From: a virus
IMG/VR virus record: IMGVR_UViG_3300014613_004232
Span: 29,836-93,835 of that record
DNA length: 64,000 nt
Direction: 5' to 3' (one strand)
Below, piece after piece: positions 42,446 through 51,357 of this stretch. Under the pieces are notes generated by a model. That model was not told the origin of the DNA. It saw nothing but the letters and a program-made list of their open reading frames with translations, and ran no database searches. Numbering within the stretch: position 1 is the first letter of the stretch; the number at the start of each line of letters is the position of its first letter. The translations under genes and the position numbers were made by a program.

Positions 42446-43302
42446 GCCGGTACCGTCTCCCCGGTACCTGCAACCTTGCCGACCAGCACCTGCAGGGCCT
42501 GCAGGTCGCGGATGGCTCGATCGAGGGCGCCGCTGTCGACCACCCTGAGGCTGAAGTTCTTCAGGGCAGAGATGAGGTCACGCATGGAGCAATCACGGCT
42601 CAGGCCCAAAGCCTCGGCCAGTTCCTGCTGATCGGCGTCGAGGGTGGCCAATTGGCGTGCGCGCTCCTGATCCCACACCCTTCTTTCGGCGGCTGCTCTC
42701 TCACGCAGGACCACCGCCTGGCGTTCGAGTTCATCGGTTTCGTGCTGAATCCGGTGCCGGGCGCTGTCCCTGTTGGCCAGCAGGTCGGCCACCTCATCGC
42801 CGAACGCCTTGCGGGCCTTCTGCTGAAGCGCCCAGGTGTCGCCGCGCCGGGGCGCGATCTGCAGGACCGGGTCAGGGTTCGACTCCAGCAGCAACTTCAT
42901 CCAGCAGTGCATGGGCAGGTTCTCCAGCACCTGCGCTGTCGGCTTGCGGGCCGCGCGCCACGCCCCTCCCTCCCCTCGCAGAATCACGCCGCACTCGCGG
43001 GGCACCTCGGAGATGGGCACCAGCCCGCGTTCGAACGCGAACCACACCCGGTGGGCGAAGGGGCGGTAGGTCTGCCACTTGCCCGAGGTGATGTCGCGCC
43101 GGAAGTCGGACACGCTCACCTTGATCTCGTAGGCGTCGGCCTTGAAGTTGCTGAAGGACTTGTCCACCGAGTAGACGTCCGGCCGCGGGCTGCCAGCCGG
43201 GCCAAGCTGGGTGTCGGTCCAGACCATGCGGCCGGTGTTCCCCCGCAGGTGCCGGGCCAGGTCTTCCGCGAGCTCGTTGTGGCTCAACTTGATCAGGCTC
43301 AC
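42442..43302 (-). CDS. MmcB-like PD-(D/E)xK nuclease with coiled-coil tail
   Basis: RPDV...YEIKVSVSDFRRD..GKW..Y. Confidence 0.7.
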   Translation of the reverse strand: MSLIKLSHNELAEDLARHLRGNTGRMVWTDTQLGPAGSPRPDVYSVDKSFSNFKADAYEIKVSVSDFRRDITSGKWQTYRPFAHRVWFAFERGLVPISEVPRECGVILRGEGGAWRAARKPTAQVLENLPMHCWMKLLLESNPDPVLQIAPRRGDTWALQQKARKAFGDEVADLLANRDSARHRIQHETDELERQAVVLRERAAAERRVWDQERARQLATLDADQQELAEALGLSRDCSMRDLISALKNFSLRVVDSGALDRAIRDLQALQVLVGKVAGTGETVPA

Positions 43303-44003
43303 CGCGTCTCTCCCCAGAAATCGGCCCGGGGGTCATAGGCCTGGGACAGGGTCGCGGCGTCCAGGATGGCGAAGGGCTTGTCCTTGTTCTCGGGCTTCCA
43401 TGCGCCGGTGTCCAGGTAGATCGCATTGCCCAGTGACGTGATCCGCTCCACGGGCGTGTGCCCGAGCACCACGGCCCGAACCCCAGAAACTTCGGAGTCG
43501 TCCATGCTCAGGATCCGCGTTCGCCCCCAGAGGCAGTTGGCCACCACGCCGGGGTGCTGCTCCGGCTCCCTCAGAAGTGAGGCCAGGCGCTCCCACCCTG
43601 CCCCGCCCTCGTCAGCGTGCACCAAGCCCACCAGCCCCTGCTCGGTCTCCAACTCGATCGCCAGCGGCAACTCTTGGAACGCCAGCCGGTAGTCGGCCTT
43701 GCACAGTTCGGGCATGCACAGAAACCAGGCCCCGCCATTGGACAAGTGCATGCAGGGGTCGCTCTCGATGCACATATCTTCGTGGTTGCCACGAACGGAG
43801 TGGAACCAGGGCTTATTCAACCAGTCGAGCACGTCCTCGGACTGCGGACCTCGATCCACCAGATCACCCACACCGAAAACCCGGTCGAACATCGGGTTGA
43901 AGCCCACGGCCTTCAGCGAGGCCATGGCCTTGTCGAAGTGCCCGTGGATGTCCCCGATGATGAGGTCCCGCCCTCGCGGGTTCATGGTGAAGCGCTTGAT
44001 CAT
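43299..44003 (-). CDS. Serine/threonine protein phosphatase (NinI/Ppp-like)
   Basis: GDIHG, GDLVDRG, RGNHE, GHTP, DTG. Confidence 0.9.
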   Translation of the reverse strand: MIKRFTMNPRGRDLIIGDIHGHFDKAMASLKAVGFNPMFDRVFGVGDLVDRGPQSEDVLDWLNKPWFHSVRGNHEDMCIESDPCMHLSNGGAWFLCMPELCKADYRLAFQELPLAIELETEQGLVGLVHADEGGAGWERLASLLREPEQHPGVVANCLWGRTRILSMDDSEVSGVRAVVLGHTPVERITSLGNAIYLDTGAWKPENKDKPFAILDAATLSQAYDPRADFWGETR

Positions 44004-44043
44004 GCCGTGCCAGTTGAAGAGCGGCCCACGCCGCGACAAGCGA

Positions 44044-44084
44044 AGGCTATTGACGCTAAGTCCTTATGAGCGCTGACGTTTTCC
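44044..44084 (-). promoter_or_regulatory. Putative late promoter
   Basis: ATTCGGAAAACG, 29 nt, TAGCCT. Confidence 0.65.
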
Positions 44085-44124
44085 GAATCGCCAGGGCCGC
44101 TTTTGATCGGCAATGCGGCGGCTC

Positions 44125-44190
44125 GAAGGGGCTTCGAAGGCCCTTCCAAGGTCGTTTGAAGTGAGTTAGAAGCCCCTGCTGTAGGGGCTC
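44125..44190. repeat. Iteron-like repeats
   Basis: GAAGGGGCTTC GAAGGCCCTTC plus inverted GAAGCCCCT...AGGGGCTC. Confidence 0.65.
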
Positions 44191-44203
44191 GCACCTGACT
44201 CGG

Positions 44204-44782
44204 TTACCCCTTGTCGATGGCTTCGATTGCGTGGGCCGGTGGGTCGGGGCGACCGAAGAAGGGGTGCACGAACTGCACGCCAAGGTCAACGCCGACCGGC
44301 CCCTCTGCTCGATGAGCCCTTGAGGAGGGGTGGTGCCAGGCACCGTCCTTCCACTCGAAGTCCGCGATGCCGCCGTGCCTTCCGCATGTCCACCATGTGC
44401 CCTCGTCCATCCTGGCGGGGTCGAAGGGGGTCCACTCCACGTGGCGGCGCAGGCCCGGGTGGAACTCGATGGTGTCGGCCTCGGGGTCGATCACGGCGTT
44501 CTTCGGGTTGAGGAAGCAAGACATGCCGCCCATCACCCGGCCCATGAAGCCCGGGGCCTTGTCGACGATCCGCTTGAGCAAGCCGTGCAGGTGCTGCAGG
44601 TGCGCGGGGTCTTCCTCGTCGAAGAAGGTCGGAGCGTCGGGCTTGCGCTCGTCGGGCAACTCTGGGTAGTACCCCCGGTCAAGATCGCTCAGCACGTGCA
44701 TGAGGTCGTAGCCGGCGTCCATGTCGCGCTCGGAGGCCTTAGCCATGCGGACTGAGCCGCGGATCACTTTGGGTTCGCTCAT
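44204..44782 (-). CDS. Hypothetical protein
   Basis: Coupled ORF. Confidence 0.65.
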   Translation of the reverse strand: MSEPKVIRGSVRMAKASERDMDAGYDLMHVLSDLDRGYYPELPDERKPDAPTFFDEEDPAHLQHLHGLLKRIVDKAPGFMGRVMGGMSCFLNPKNAVIDPEADTIEFHPGLRRHVEWTPFDPARMDEGTWWTCGRHGGIADFEWKDGAWHHPSSRAHRAEGPVGVDLGVQFVHPFFGRPDPPAHAIEAIDKG

Positions 44783-45270
44783 TGGTCGTTCCAGGGGGTC
44801 GGCACCAGTGATGCCAGGAGGTAAAGGGGGTGGCCGGGATGGCCGTCTTTGGTAAGGCGGAGGTGGTTCAGGCGGCCGGCGATGCCGGGCAAGGCCTTCA
44901 CCACCTCATCGCGGCCCATGTGGGTGCCGTGCACACCCCAAGCAGCCACGATGACGCGGGCGCCGCGGGCAAGCTGCACCAGGTGCTGGTCGTTGTCCGG
45001 GCCCACCGGATCGGCGGCGGCCTTCATGTCGGCCGGGTCGGTGGCCCGCCAGGCGAAGAGGTTCGCCATCACCAAGCCGGTGTAGCCCCAGTCAGCAGCA
45101 AAGCGCAGGCATCGGCGGATGGTCGGGTCGTCTTCGGTCTCGTCGGCCGTGCTGGGGTTCAGGCCGATGAACATGACGTAGCCCGAGTCAGGGACAGCCC
45201 AGTCGGCACGGTCGCGGGTGAGGGAGTACCGCCAGCGGCGGCACGGGCTGAGGACGGCGGACTTCTTCAT
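44779..45270 (-). CDS. DUF1643 family protein
   Basis: RYSLTR...FIGLNPSTAD...DDPTIRRC...NLFA.RATDP...AWG...P.HPLY. Confidence 0.9.
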   Translation of the reverse strand: MKKSAVLSPCRRWRYSLTRDRADWAVPDSGYVMFIGLNPSTADETEDDPTIRRCLRFAADWGYTGLVMANLFAWRATDPADMKAAADPVGPDNDQHLVQLARGARVIVAAWGVHGTHMGRDEVVKALPGIAGRLNHLRLTKDGHPGHPLYLLASLVPTPWNDQ

Positions 45271-45497
45271 GGCTGGGCCTTTCGAAAGGCGTTGACCTTG
45301 GTCAGCGCGCGGCGCGCCGATGCGAGCTTGGCCTCCTCGGCCGCGATCTGCTCGGGCGTGATTCCCTCCATGTCTCGCATGGCACGGACCATGTCCTTGA
45401 AGGCCTCGACGGCATGCCAGAGGCTGGTGGTGTCCGACTTTGTGAGAGCCATGCGAGGCTCGGTGCGTCTGGTCGCACCATGTGGCGTCTGGCTCAT
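45267..45497 (-). CDS. Hypothetical protein
   Basis: Coupled ORF. Confidence 0.55.
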   Translation of the reverse strand: MSQTPHGATRRTEPRMALTKSDTTSLWHAVEAFKDMVRAMRDMEGITPEQIAAEEAKLASARRALTKVNAFRKAQP

Positions 45498-45498
45498 C

Positions 45499-45897
45499 TC
45501 AATGCGTCCCGATGGTTGTTTCCTGCTGCTTCTGCGGGCCTCGCCAAGAGCCTGGGCCAGTCTTTGTCCAGCCAGCCGCGAGTCGCCCCTCTTCGATCAG
45601 GGCGCGCATTGCTTCGTAGAGGCCTCCCTCCTTTTTGAGGTACATCTCCGTCAGGCGCCCCCACTCACGGACAAGCGGCCCCCACATCGGGTAGTGGTCC
45701 GCCATCTCGTGGAGCCTTTCGCGGTATGACGGGAACGCTTCCAACAGACGATGGCAGCGGCCGAAGTCGGCCCAGTCATGCGGCACATCGGCGCCAAAAC
45801 TGGGCGGTTTGCAGCCTTCCATCACATGCATGATGGTTTTGCTGCTGACGCCGGTGTCGCCGGACATCATCCAATCGAGAGGGGTAATCGGTTTCAT
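45499..45897 (-). CDS. Hypothetical phage protein
   Basis: W..SGDTGVSS...P.D..DF.RC..LL. Confidence 0.7.
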   Translation of the reverse strand: MKPITPLDWMMSGDTGVSSKTIMHVMEGCKPPSFGADVPHDWADFGRCHRLLEAFPSYRERLHEMADHYPMWGPLVREWGRLTEMYLKKEGGLYEAMRALIEEGRLAAGWTKTGPGSWRGPQKQQETTIGTH

Positions 45898-46175
45898 TGC
45901 GGTTCACTCACATTGATGGCGAACACCTGCACCGGCTCTGGGCCGAAGTGCGGGTGGGTGATGGTGGTGACGCGGTAGCCGCGCCAGGGGCGGATCAGGC
46001 GGCGCTCGTGTTCGTTGCGCTTGGGGTATCCCAGCGTGAGCACGATGCGATCGAAGGTGCGGCCCTCCAGCCGGCGGCGCCAGTACGGCGTGCACAGGCG
46101 GAACTCCTCGGGCTTCGTGCCCGCCTTGATGGCGTTGAAGTAGCAGGCCTTCAGGGGCAGGATGAGGTCAGCCAT
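45894..46175 (-). CDS. ASCH-like domain protein
   Basis: LPLK..YF.AIKAGTK.EEFR....YW..RL. Confidence 0.75.
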   Translation of the reverse strand: MADLILPLKACYFNAIKAGTKPEEFRLCTPYWRRRLEGRTFDRIVLTLGYPKRNEHERRLIRPWRGYRVTTITHPHFGPEPVQVFAINVSEPQ

Positions 46176-46395
46176 GGTGTCGAGCCTTCTTTGTTCGTTT
46201 TGACCATTGCCATGGGATGACTCGGCAGCCATCCGTTGTTGCGGTACTCGGCAGCACGATGCATCGCAGCGTCTTGCCGCGCACACCGATGACCTGGTAG
46301 CGTCGGCCGGACGCGAGTTCCAGCACGTCGCTGAATTCAGGGATCTCACCCCACGCGACGCGCAGCTTGACCTCGGCCCAGTCAGGCTTTGGCAT
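46168..46395 (-). CDS. Hypothetical protein
   Basis: ATG 46395 with GGGAG RBS. Confidence 0.5.
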   Translation of the reverse strand: MPKPDWAEVKLRVAWGEIPEFSDVLELASGRRYQVIGVRGKTLRCIVLPSTATTDGCRVIPWQWSKRTKKARHHG

Positions 46396-46561
46396 CGCCT
46401 TCTCCCTTGACCAAGTCTGAAACGTGCTTGATGGCCCAACCAACGGGCATCCAAACCGTTGCTGCGATGAGAACGATGACCACCAGGATGGCGCCGCAGT
46501 AGTCGGCGTCTGACCAGGGCTCGCGCTCGGTGCGGTAGCCGGGTGGGCGGAAGTAGTCCAT
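46382..46561 (-). CDS. Small membrane protein
   Basis: One TM helix; coupled. Confidence 0.5.
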   Translation of the reverse strand: MDYFRPPGYRTEREPWSDADYCGAILVVIVLIAATVWMPVGWAIKHVSDLVKGEGDAKA

Positions 46562-46782
46562 CAGGCACTTTCCTGCGACTGGTCTGCAGGAGTCTCTTCC
46601 AGCATGTGCAGGTCCGAGTCCAGAACCTCGCACCATACGGCGCGCGGATCACCGATCTTGCGGAACTGGTGCCAGTAGCCGTTGCCGCTCCAGTTGCGCC
46701 CCAGGTAGATCAACCGATCGGGCTGGCCCTTCCAGTTGTAGGCGCCGCCCACCTTCATGGTCGCTCGGGTGAGGGCGCTCAT
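46561..46782 (-). CDS. Hypothetical phage protein
   Basis: GG.YNWK.QPDRLIYLG...WHQF. Confidence 0.7.
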   Translation of the reverse strand: MSALTRATMKVGGAYNWKGQPDRLIYLGRNWSGNGYWHQFRKIGDPRAVWCEVLDSDLHMLEETPADQSQESA

Positions 46783-47111
46783 GCTTTGGTCTCCCCTGCC
46801 TGCTCTACAGGCGCGATGCCGAGCATCGATGCAGCAGTCAGCACGAGGTGCCGCATACGGTCAACATCGGCAGTTGCCATCGCTTCGTTCGCTGCAGCCT
46901 GCATGACCGTCGTCACTTGCTTCTCGTCCCAAGCAGACTTGGCCATCAGCGCAGATGGGTCGAGCGGCAGAGGGCAGAAGGCCGGTATGCCGCTGGTGTC
47001 GGTCAGTGGCTGTTCGATCACGGAGCACTGGTACTTGCCGCCCGACCAGTAGGCCCGGTTGGGGCATTCAGCGCACGACCTGACGCGGCCAAGGATTCGG
47101 GCCGTGCTCAT
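46779..47111 (-). CDS. Cys-containing hypothetical protein
   Basis: SCAECP...C...P.FCPL. Confidence 0.6.
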   Translation of the reverse strand: MSTARILGRVRSCAECPNRAYWSGGKYQCSVIEQPLTDTSGIPAFCPLPLDPSALMAKSAWDEKQVTTVMQAAANEAMATADVDRMRHLVLTAASMLGIAPVEQAGETKA

Positions 47112-48202
47112 GATTGCACTCCCTTCGCCTGGGCGGCTGCGAGCGCGGAAGTCAGCGCGGCACTGAACTGATGCAGCACCACGGCGTTGATGGTTTGTCG
47201 TCCACTTGCTGGCCAGAACGTCGGCACACTCAAGCGAGCGACATCATCCTGATCGTTGCGGATGGTCAGCCACGTGCGCCCTTCCTCATCGTCATGGACA
47301 TCAAAGCCCCAGTCGGTCAGCACGGCGGGCAACCCATCCGGCACGCCCGGTGCTGGGCGGGTGGCCTGCAAGTAACCGCCCAGCACACATGCGAAGTCAG
47401 CGGCCAGCGCCCCGGTGATGTAGTCGTCAAAGTCGTGGCGCTTGAGGGTGCTGCGGAAGAAGTTGCGCACCGCTTCTCGCCCGCCTGCTGATGTCTTGAT
47501 CGGCTTCCAAGCCACCGGCTCAGGCGTGGCCTGCGCTGCTGGCTGGTGCAGTTTGCACAGCGGGTGGTGCTCATCAGGTGAGCACAGGGGCTTGCCGCAC
47601 GATGTCGGGATGCCCATGCTGTCCACCTCAGCCCCCGGCTCAGATCGCGCGGCGGTGAAAGCTGGCCACTCACTGCGGCCCATCATGCTGTCGAGTGCAG
47701 CACTTGCGGCATTCGGCAGCGGCTTGCAACAAGCCTTGTCGAGGTCCGCCATTGCAACCTCGGCCGCGTCGCTCGTGTGAGGGATGAAGGGGTGTTCCAT
47801 GGACTGGAATGCATCGCCCTGCCAGCCGCCGACCGGTCGATCGGCACGCTCCAAACTGGCAATCGTCACGCCTGCATCGTGCGCCGCTGCAAGCCAATGA
47901 TCCGCGCCGGGATGAGGATGTCCCGCATGTCCTGCAGCGAGCGCACCCACGATGGCGCAGCGGGCGATGTCGCGCTCCTTGAGGATCTGCGCGTCTGTCC
48001 CGCGCCCGTCAGGTTGGACCGGTACCATCTGGACAGCTTGGTGTGGCCCATTGCGCGGGTAGAGTTGGTCGGACTCCAACGCGACATTCCTGGCGTCATT
48101 CTCATCAAGGGCGAGCGTGGCCATGCCGTTCGCGCTCAGGCAGTACCACCTGAGTTGGAGGGGTTGGCGCTCCTCCGCCTGGTTCTCGTTTCTGGTGTTC
48201 AT
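47108..48202 (-). CDS. Mosaic hypothetical protein (Ead/Ea-like)
   Basis: ATG 48202; patchwork composition. Confidence 0.55.
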   Translation of the reverse strand: MNTRNENQAEERQPLQLRWYCLSANGMATLALDENDARNVALESDQLYPRNGPHQAVQMVPVQPDGRGTDAQILKERDIARCAIVGALAAGHAGHPHPGADHWLAAAHDAGVTIASLERADRPVGGWQGDAFQSMEHPFIPHTSDAAEVAMADLDKACCKPLPNAASAALDSMMGRSEWPAFTAARSEPGAEVDSMGIPTSCGKPLCSPDEHHPLCKLHQPAAQATPEPVAWKPIKTSAGGREAVRNFFRSTLKRHDFDDYITGALAADFACVLGGYLQATRPAPGVPDGLPAVLTDWGFDVHDDEEGRTWLTIRNDQDDVARLSVPTFWPASGRQTINAVVLHQFSAALTSALAAAQAKGVQS

Positions 48203-48224
48203 GGTCTTCCCGTCGAAAGGTGGG

Positions 48225-48899
48225 TCAGCCCTGCTGGGCGTCATCAAAGAGGGGGCGCTTGATGTCCAGGCGCTCCTCGATGGTTTGGATTGCGGCCTCG
48301 GTGACCTGCTCATGGCGAGTGACCAGGGCCACGGCGTTGTCGACCTCGGTCTGGAGCTCGTCGATGGTCCGGAGGACCGTCGCGGCGCCGCGCAGTTCGC
48401 CGTCGAAGACGTCCAGGTTTGCCGCGCGCAACTGCTCGACCGCCTCGATCGCCGTCTTCGCCTTTTCGGTCAGCCGCTTCGTCTGGGTCACCGAAGGCGC
48501 CACCGACTGGTGCGTGAGCACTGCGTTGACGATGGTCCTGGCGGTCGACTCCATCAGGCCCGACACGTGGCGCAGCGCGGCTTGGCGCTCGGCCGCTCGG
48601 GGGTCGCGCTCAGGCTCATCGCTGATGCCCAGGAGATAGTCGGCTGACACCCCGAACACCTCTGCCACCTTGACGATGTTGACAATCGGCAGCAGGCGCT
48701 CGGCCTTCTCTGCCAGGGACAACTGGGTGGAATTGGTGTAGCCCAACTTCGCCGCAGCTTGTTCCTGGGACCAGCCGTTGAGCTCGCGCGCCTTCTTCAG
48801 GCGGCGGGACATCACCTTGCGCAGGTAGTCGTTCTCGTCGACGCGGGCGACACGCTGCCCAGCCTTGTCTCGAACGATCGCAAACACATCACGCTTCAT
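48225..48899 (-). CDS. XRE-family HTH regulator (candidate late activator)
   Basis: RLKKARELNGWSQEQAAAKLG...LS.AE...FGVSADYLLG; AGGAG RBS; occupies the Q-gene position. Confidence 0.75.
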   Translation of the reverse strand: MKRDVFAIVRDKAGQRVARVDENDYLRKVMSRRLKKARELNGWSQEQAAAKLGYTNSTQLSLAEKAERLLPIVNIVKVAEVFGVSADYLLGISDEPERDPRAAERQAALRHVSGLMESTARTIVNAVLTHQSVAPSVTQTKRLTEKAKTAIEAVEQLRAANLDVFDGELRGAATVLRTIDELQTEVDNAVALVTRHEQVTEAAIQTIEERLDIKRPLFDDAQQG

Positions 48900-48911
48900 C
48901 TTCTTGTCTCC

Positions 48912-49670
48912 TCACTTTGGAGCGGGGACGTTCATGGGCACCTTGCCGGCGCGCTTGAGCACGCTGTAGGTCTGCTTGGCCCACTTCAGCCCCTGCTCGG
49001 CCGCCCAGTGCTTGTCACCGAGGCGGTACTGGTCGTATTGCTCGTGGCAGCCTGGCTTGCTGCCAACGGTGGTGCACAGCGGGAAGGTCAGGTTGTCCCC
49101 GGCCTTGATGGCCATGCCCTTGCCGCGATTGATGTGCGCGGCTTGGCTTGCACCCTCTCGACCGCAGTTGCAGCACGCCAGGCTCGCCACCTCACGCAGG
49201 TACTTGGGCGATCGCACGACCCGCTCCTTGTCGTGGGCGAGCTCGCCGGCCGCGACGTCATCGATGTCTGCCAGCACGACCGCGCGGGGCCTGAGCAATT
49301 CCTCCAGCCACCCCACGGCCTTGCCCGACTTGACGTGGGCGCCGGTCACACGAAGCACTCGCCACCCCAGGATGACGGCGGCGTTCACCTTCTCGCAGTC
49401 CTCGGTAAACCCTGCGCCGGTGGTGTGGCGGCCACCCGTGTGCACGCCGCCGTCTACCTCCAAGGCAACCTTGCGCTGGGGCCAGGCGAAGTCGAAGCGC
49501 CACTGCCTCGTCGGGTGGAAGCGGTGCTGGGCCACGCTGCCGGCGTCCAACTTGACCGCGCGGATGTCGCGCGCCATGTGCGCCTCAAGGGCCTCACGCT
49601 TGGCTTTGGCCTCGGCCTTGGCGATCGCTGCGGCCACGGCAGAGACCTCGGTCTTCTTGCTCGCGGTCAT
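48912..49670 (-). CDS. Fusion of Vsr/DUF559-like endonuclease and DUF968-like Zn module
   Basis: RFHPTRQWRFDFAWP..KVALEVDGG; RSPKYL..V..L.CC.CG...AAH...PLC...CH. Confidence 0.7.
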   Translation of the reverse strand: MTASKKTEVSAVAAAIAKAEAKAKREALEAHMARDIRAVKLDAGSVAQHRFHPTRQWRFDFAWPQRKVALEVDGGVHTGGRHTTGAGFTEDCEKVNAAVILGWRVLRVTGAHVKSGKAVGWLEELLRPRAVVLADIDDVAAGELAHDKERVVRSPKYLREVASLACCNCGREGASQAAHINRGKGMAIKAGDNLTFPLCTTVGSKPGCHEQYDQYRLGDKHWAAEQGLKWAKQTYSVLKRAGKVPMNVPAPK

Positions 49671-50134
49671 CGCACCTCCTTGATCAAGCACTCCAGTGCC
49701 TCGAAGGCGAAGCTGGTGTCGACGTGGGGCCAGAGGTGCTTCAGGGCAGCATGGGTCAGAAGGTAGGCCTTCACGCGTTGGTGAAGCTCGACGAACTCGG
49801 ATCCGTCCAGTTGGTCGTAGGCCACCGACTTGACCAGTTCGAACTTCACGCCGCCGTGCTCCAGGACCTCGACGTGACGCGCGCCGCGCTCCGTCCACTT
49901 GCGAAACTCACGCTCGCAGGTGAAAACCTCCTGGTTCTCGAAGATGGTGTTGAGCAGCGCGAAGTGGCGGCGGTGGATCTCTGGCGCCCGTGGGTCGCTC
50001 CAGGAGAAGGACACCACCTCGCCCGGCTTCAGGCTCTCGACACGTCGGCGCCAGCGCTTGTAGTGGGCTGCATCGTCTTTGGTCAGGCCCTGCAACCGGC
50101 CGTTCTGGCCCAGGGTGATCGCAATCTGAGGCAT
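49667..50134 (-). CDS. NinB/DUF1367-like protein
   Basis: PR.PEIHRRHFALL...KS.AYD.LD..EF. Confidence 0.65.
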   Translation of the reverse strand: MPQIAITLGQNGRLQGLTKDDAAHYKRWRRRVESLKPGEVVSFSWSDPRAPEIHRRHFALLNTIFENQEVFTCEREFRKWTERGARHVEVLEHGGVKFELVKSVAYDQLDGSEFVELHQRVKAYLLTHAALKHLWPHVDTSFAFEALECLIKEVR

Positions 50135-50388
50135 CAGGTTCCCCCCTTCTTGAAACCGGGACAGCGCTGCGGCATGTCCGCGAACGAGCCCATGAACACC
50201 GGAGAGTGCTCCCCGAGCATTCCCGCGGCGCGCCACCTTGTGCAGACCGCTCCGCGCAGGCCCTGGCAACTCCTGCAAGTCCTCAGCGTGTCGTGCTTGT
50301 CCCGTGGCTCGGAGAGCGTTTCCACCTTCGCAGGCGGCCTGCATGGCTGGCCCGGGTGGAGTGTTTGCTTGCATAGCCTGCATGTCAT
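50134..50388 (-). CDS. Cys-rich hypothetical protein
   Basis: ATG 50388 coupled; C..C motifs, RCPGF. Confidence 0.5.
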   Translation of the reverse strand: MTCRLCKQTLHPGQPCRPPAKVETLSEPRDKHDTLRTCRSCQGLRGAVCTRWRAAGMLGEHSPVFMGSFADMPQRCPGFKKGGT

Positions 50389-50699
50389 GCCATTCCTGCT
50401 GCGAGGTTGAAGACGCTCACCGGTGCGGGCACAGCAACATGGATCGGTGCGCACTCCGATGCGTTGACCACGCGCCGGGTAAAGACGCCGGTGGCCAGCG
50501 GCATCGGATGCCACACCAATGTCCGTGTCTTGCGCACAAAGGCGGGCAGACGCGACTCAACGAGGCCACGCTCAGCCAACTTTCGCAGCGTGTGCTTTGC
50601 GAGCAACGGGCAGATCTGCAGGTGCACCGCCACCTCACCGGCCGCGAGACCGGGCACGGCGACGACGAGGTCCAAGATCTCCTTTTCAAGATCACGCAT
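50385..50699 (-). CDS. Winged-HTH protein
   Basis: ILDLV...PGL.AGEVA..L......LRKL...GLV. Confidence 0.6.
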   Translation of the reverse strand: MRDLEKEILDLVVAVPGLAAGEVAVHLQICPLLAKHTLRKLAERGLVESRLPAFVRKTRTLVWHPMPLATGVFTRRVVNASECAPIHVAVPAPVSVFNLAAGMA

Positions 50700-51357
50700 G
50701 GGGTGTTGCTCCCTTAACTGCTTTGTTGATCAACTTCGCTACGTGCTGAGCGCGAGCCAGTTGCAGGGGTGTCTGATCCGGCAGGGGTGCAGCGATTGCC
50801 TTCAGCACCTCTTGGCTGTTGATGTTTGGCAGATCGGGAACCACGTCGAGCCCCATCTTCAAACTGATCTGCTTGTTACGGACTGCCGCCTCAACCACGT
50901 TGAAGGCCTGTTGTCGGTCGGAGCCAAGTGAAACGGACCACTCAGCAGGAATGCGGTTGTCGCGGCTGTAAGAGACGGCCTTGACGTAGGCATCGCGGAA
51001 TGCGCGCGCTGCTGCGACGCGGTCACCGTCCGCCCAAGCTGGCGCTGCCATTGACCAGGCATGCGCCATCTCGTTGGTCCACACGATCGAGTCGTACTCG
51101 GACTTGGGAACCTGGGCCCATGCCTCATCGGGAGACAACCGGCCATCCTCAAGACGGTCAATGACGTCGCGGGGGGTCAGCCGGCCGCGCACTTCCTTGC
51201 GGCACCGTGCCAGGGCGCCGATGATCTGGTGATCTGGGAAGCCGGAGATGTCCTCGACGAAAATCTCCGCTGCGTCGTCCGACATGGACAGGCCCAGCAG
51301 TTCCACGGTGGCGCGGAGCGTCTTGATGACCTTGGGGGATGCGATCGCCTGATTCAT
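50692..51357 (-). CDS. Replication accessory / helicase-loader-like protein
   Basis: Follows initiator; AL.RCRKE...LTP.DVI, DEAWA, AFR.AY. Confidence 0.6.
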   Translation of the reverse strand: MNQAIASPKVIKTLRATVELLGLSMSDDAAEIFVEDISGFPDHQIIGALARCRKEVRGRLTPRDVIDRLEDGRLSPDEAWAQVPKSEYDSIVWTNEMAHAWSMAAPAWADGDRVAAARAFRDAYVKAVSYSRDNRIPAEWSVSLGSDRQQAFNVVEAAVRNKQISLKMGLDVVPDLPNINSQEVLKAIAAPLPDQTPLQLARAQHVAKLINKAVKGATPHA

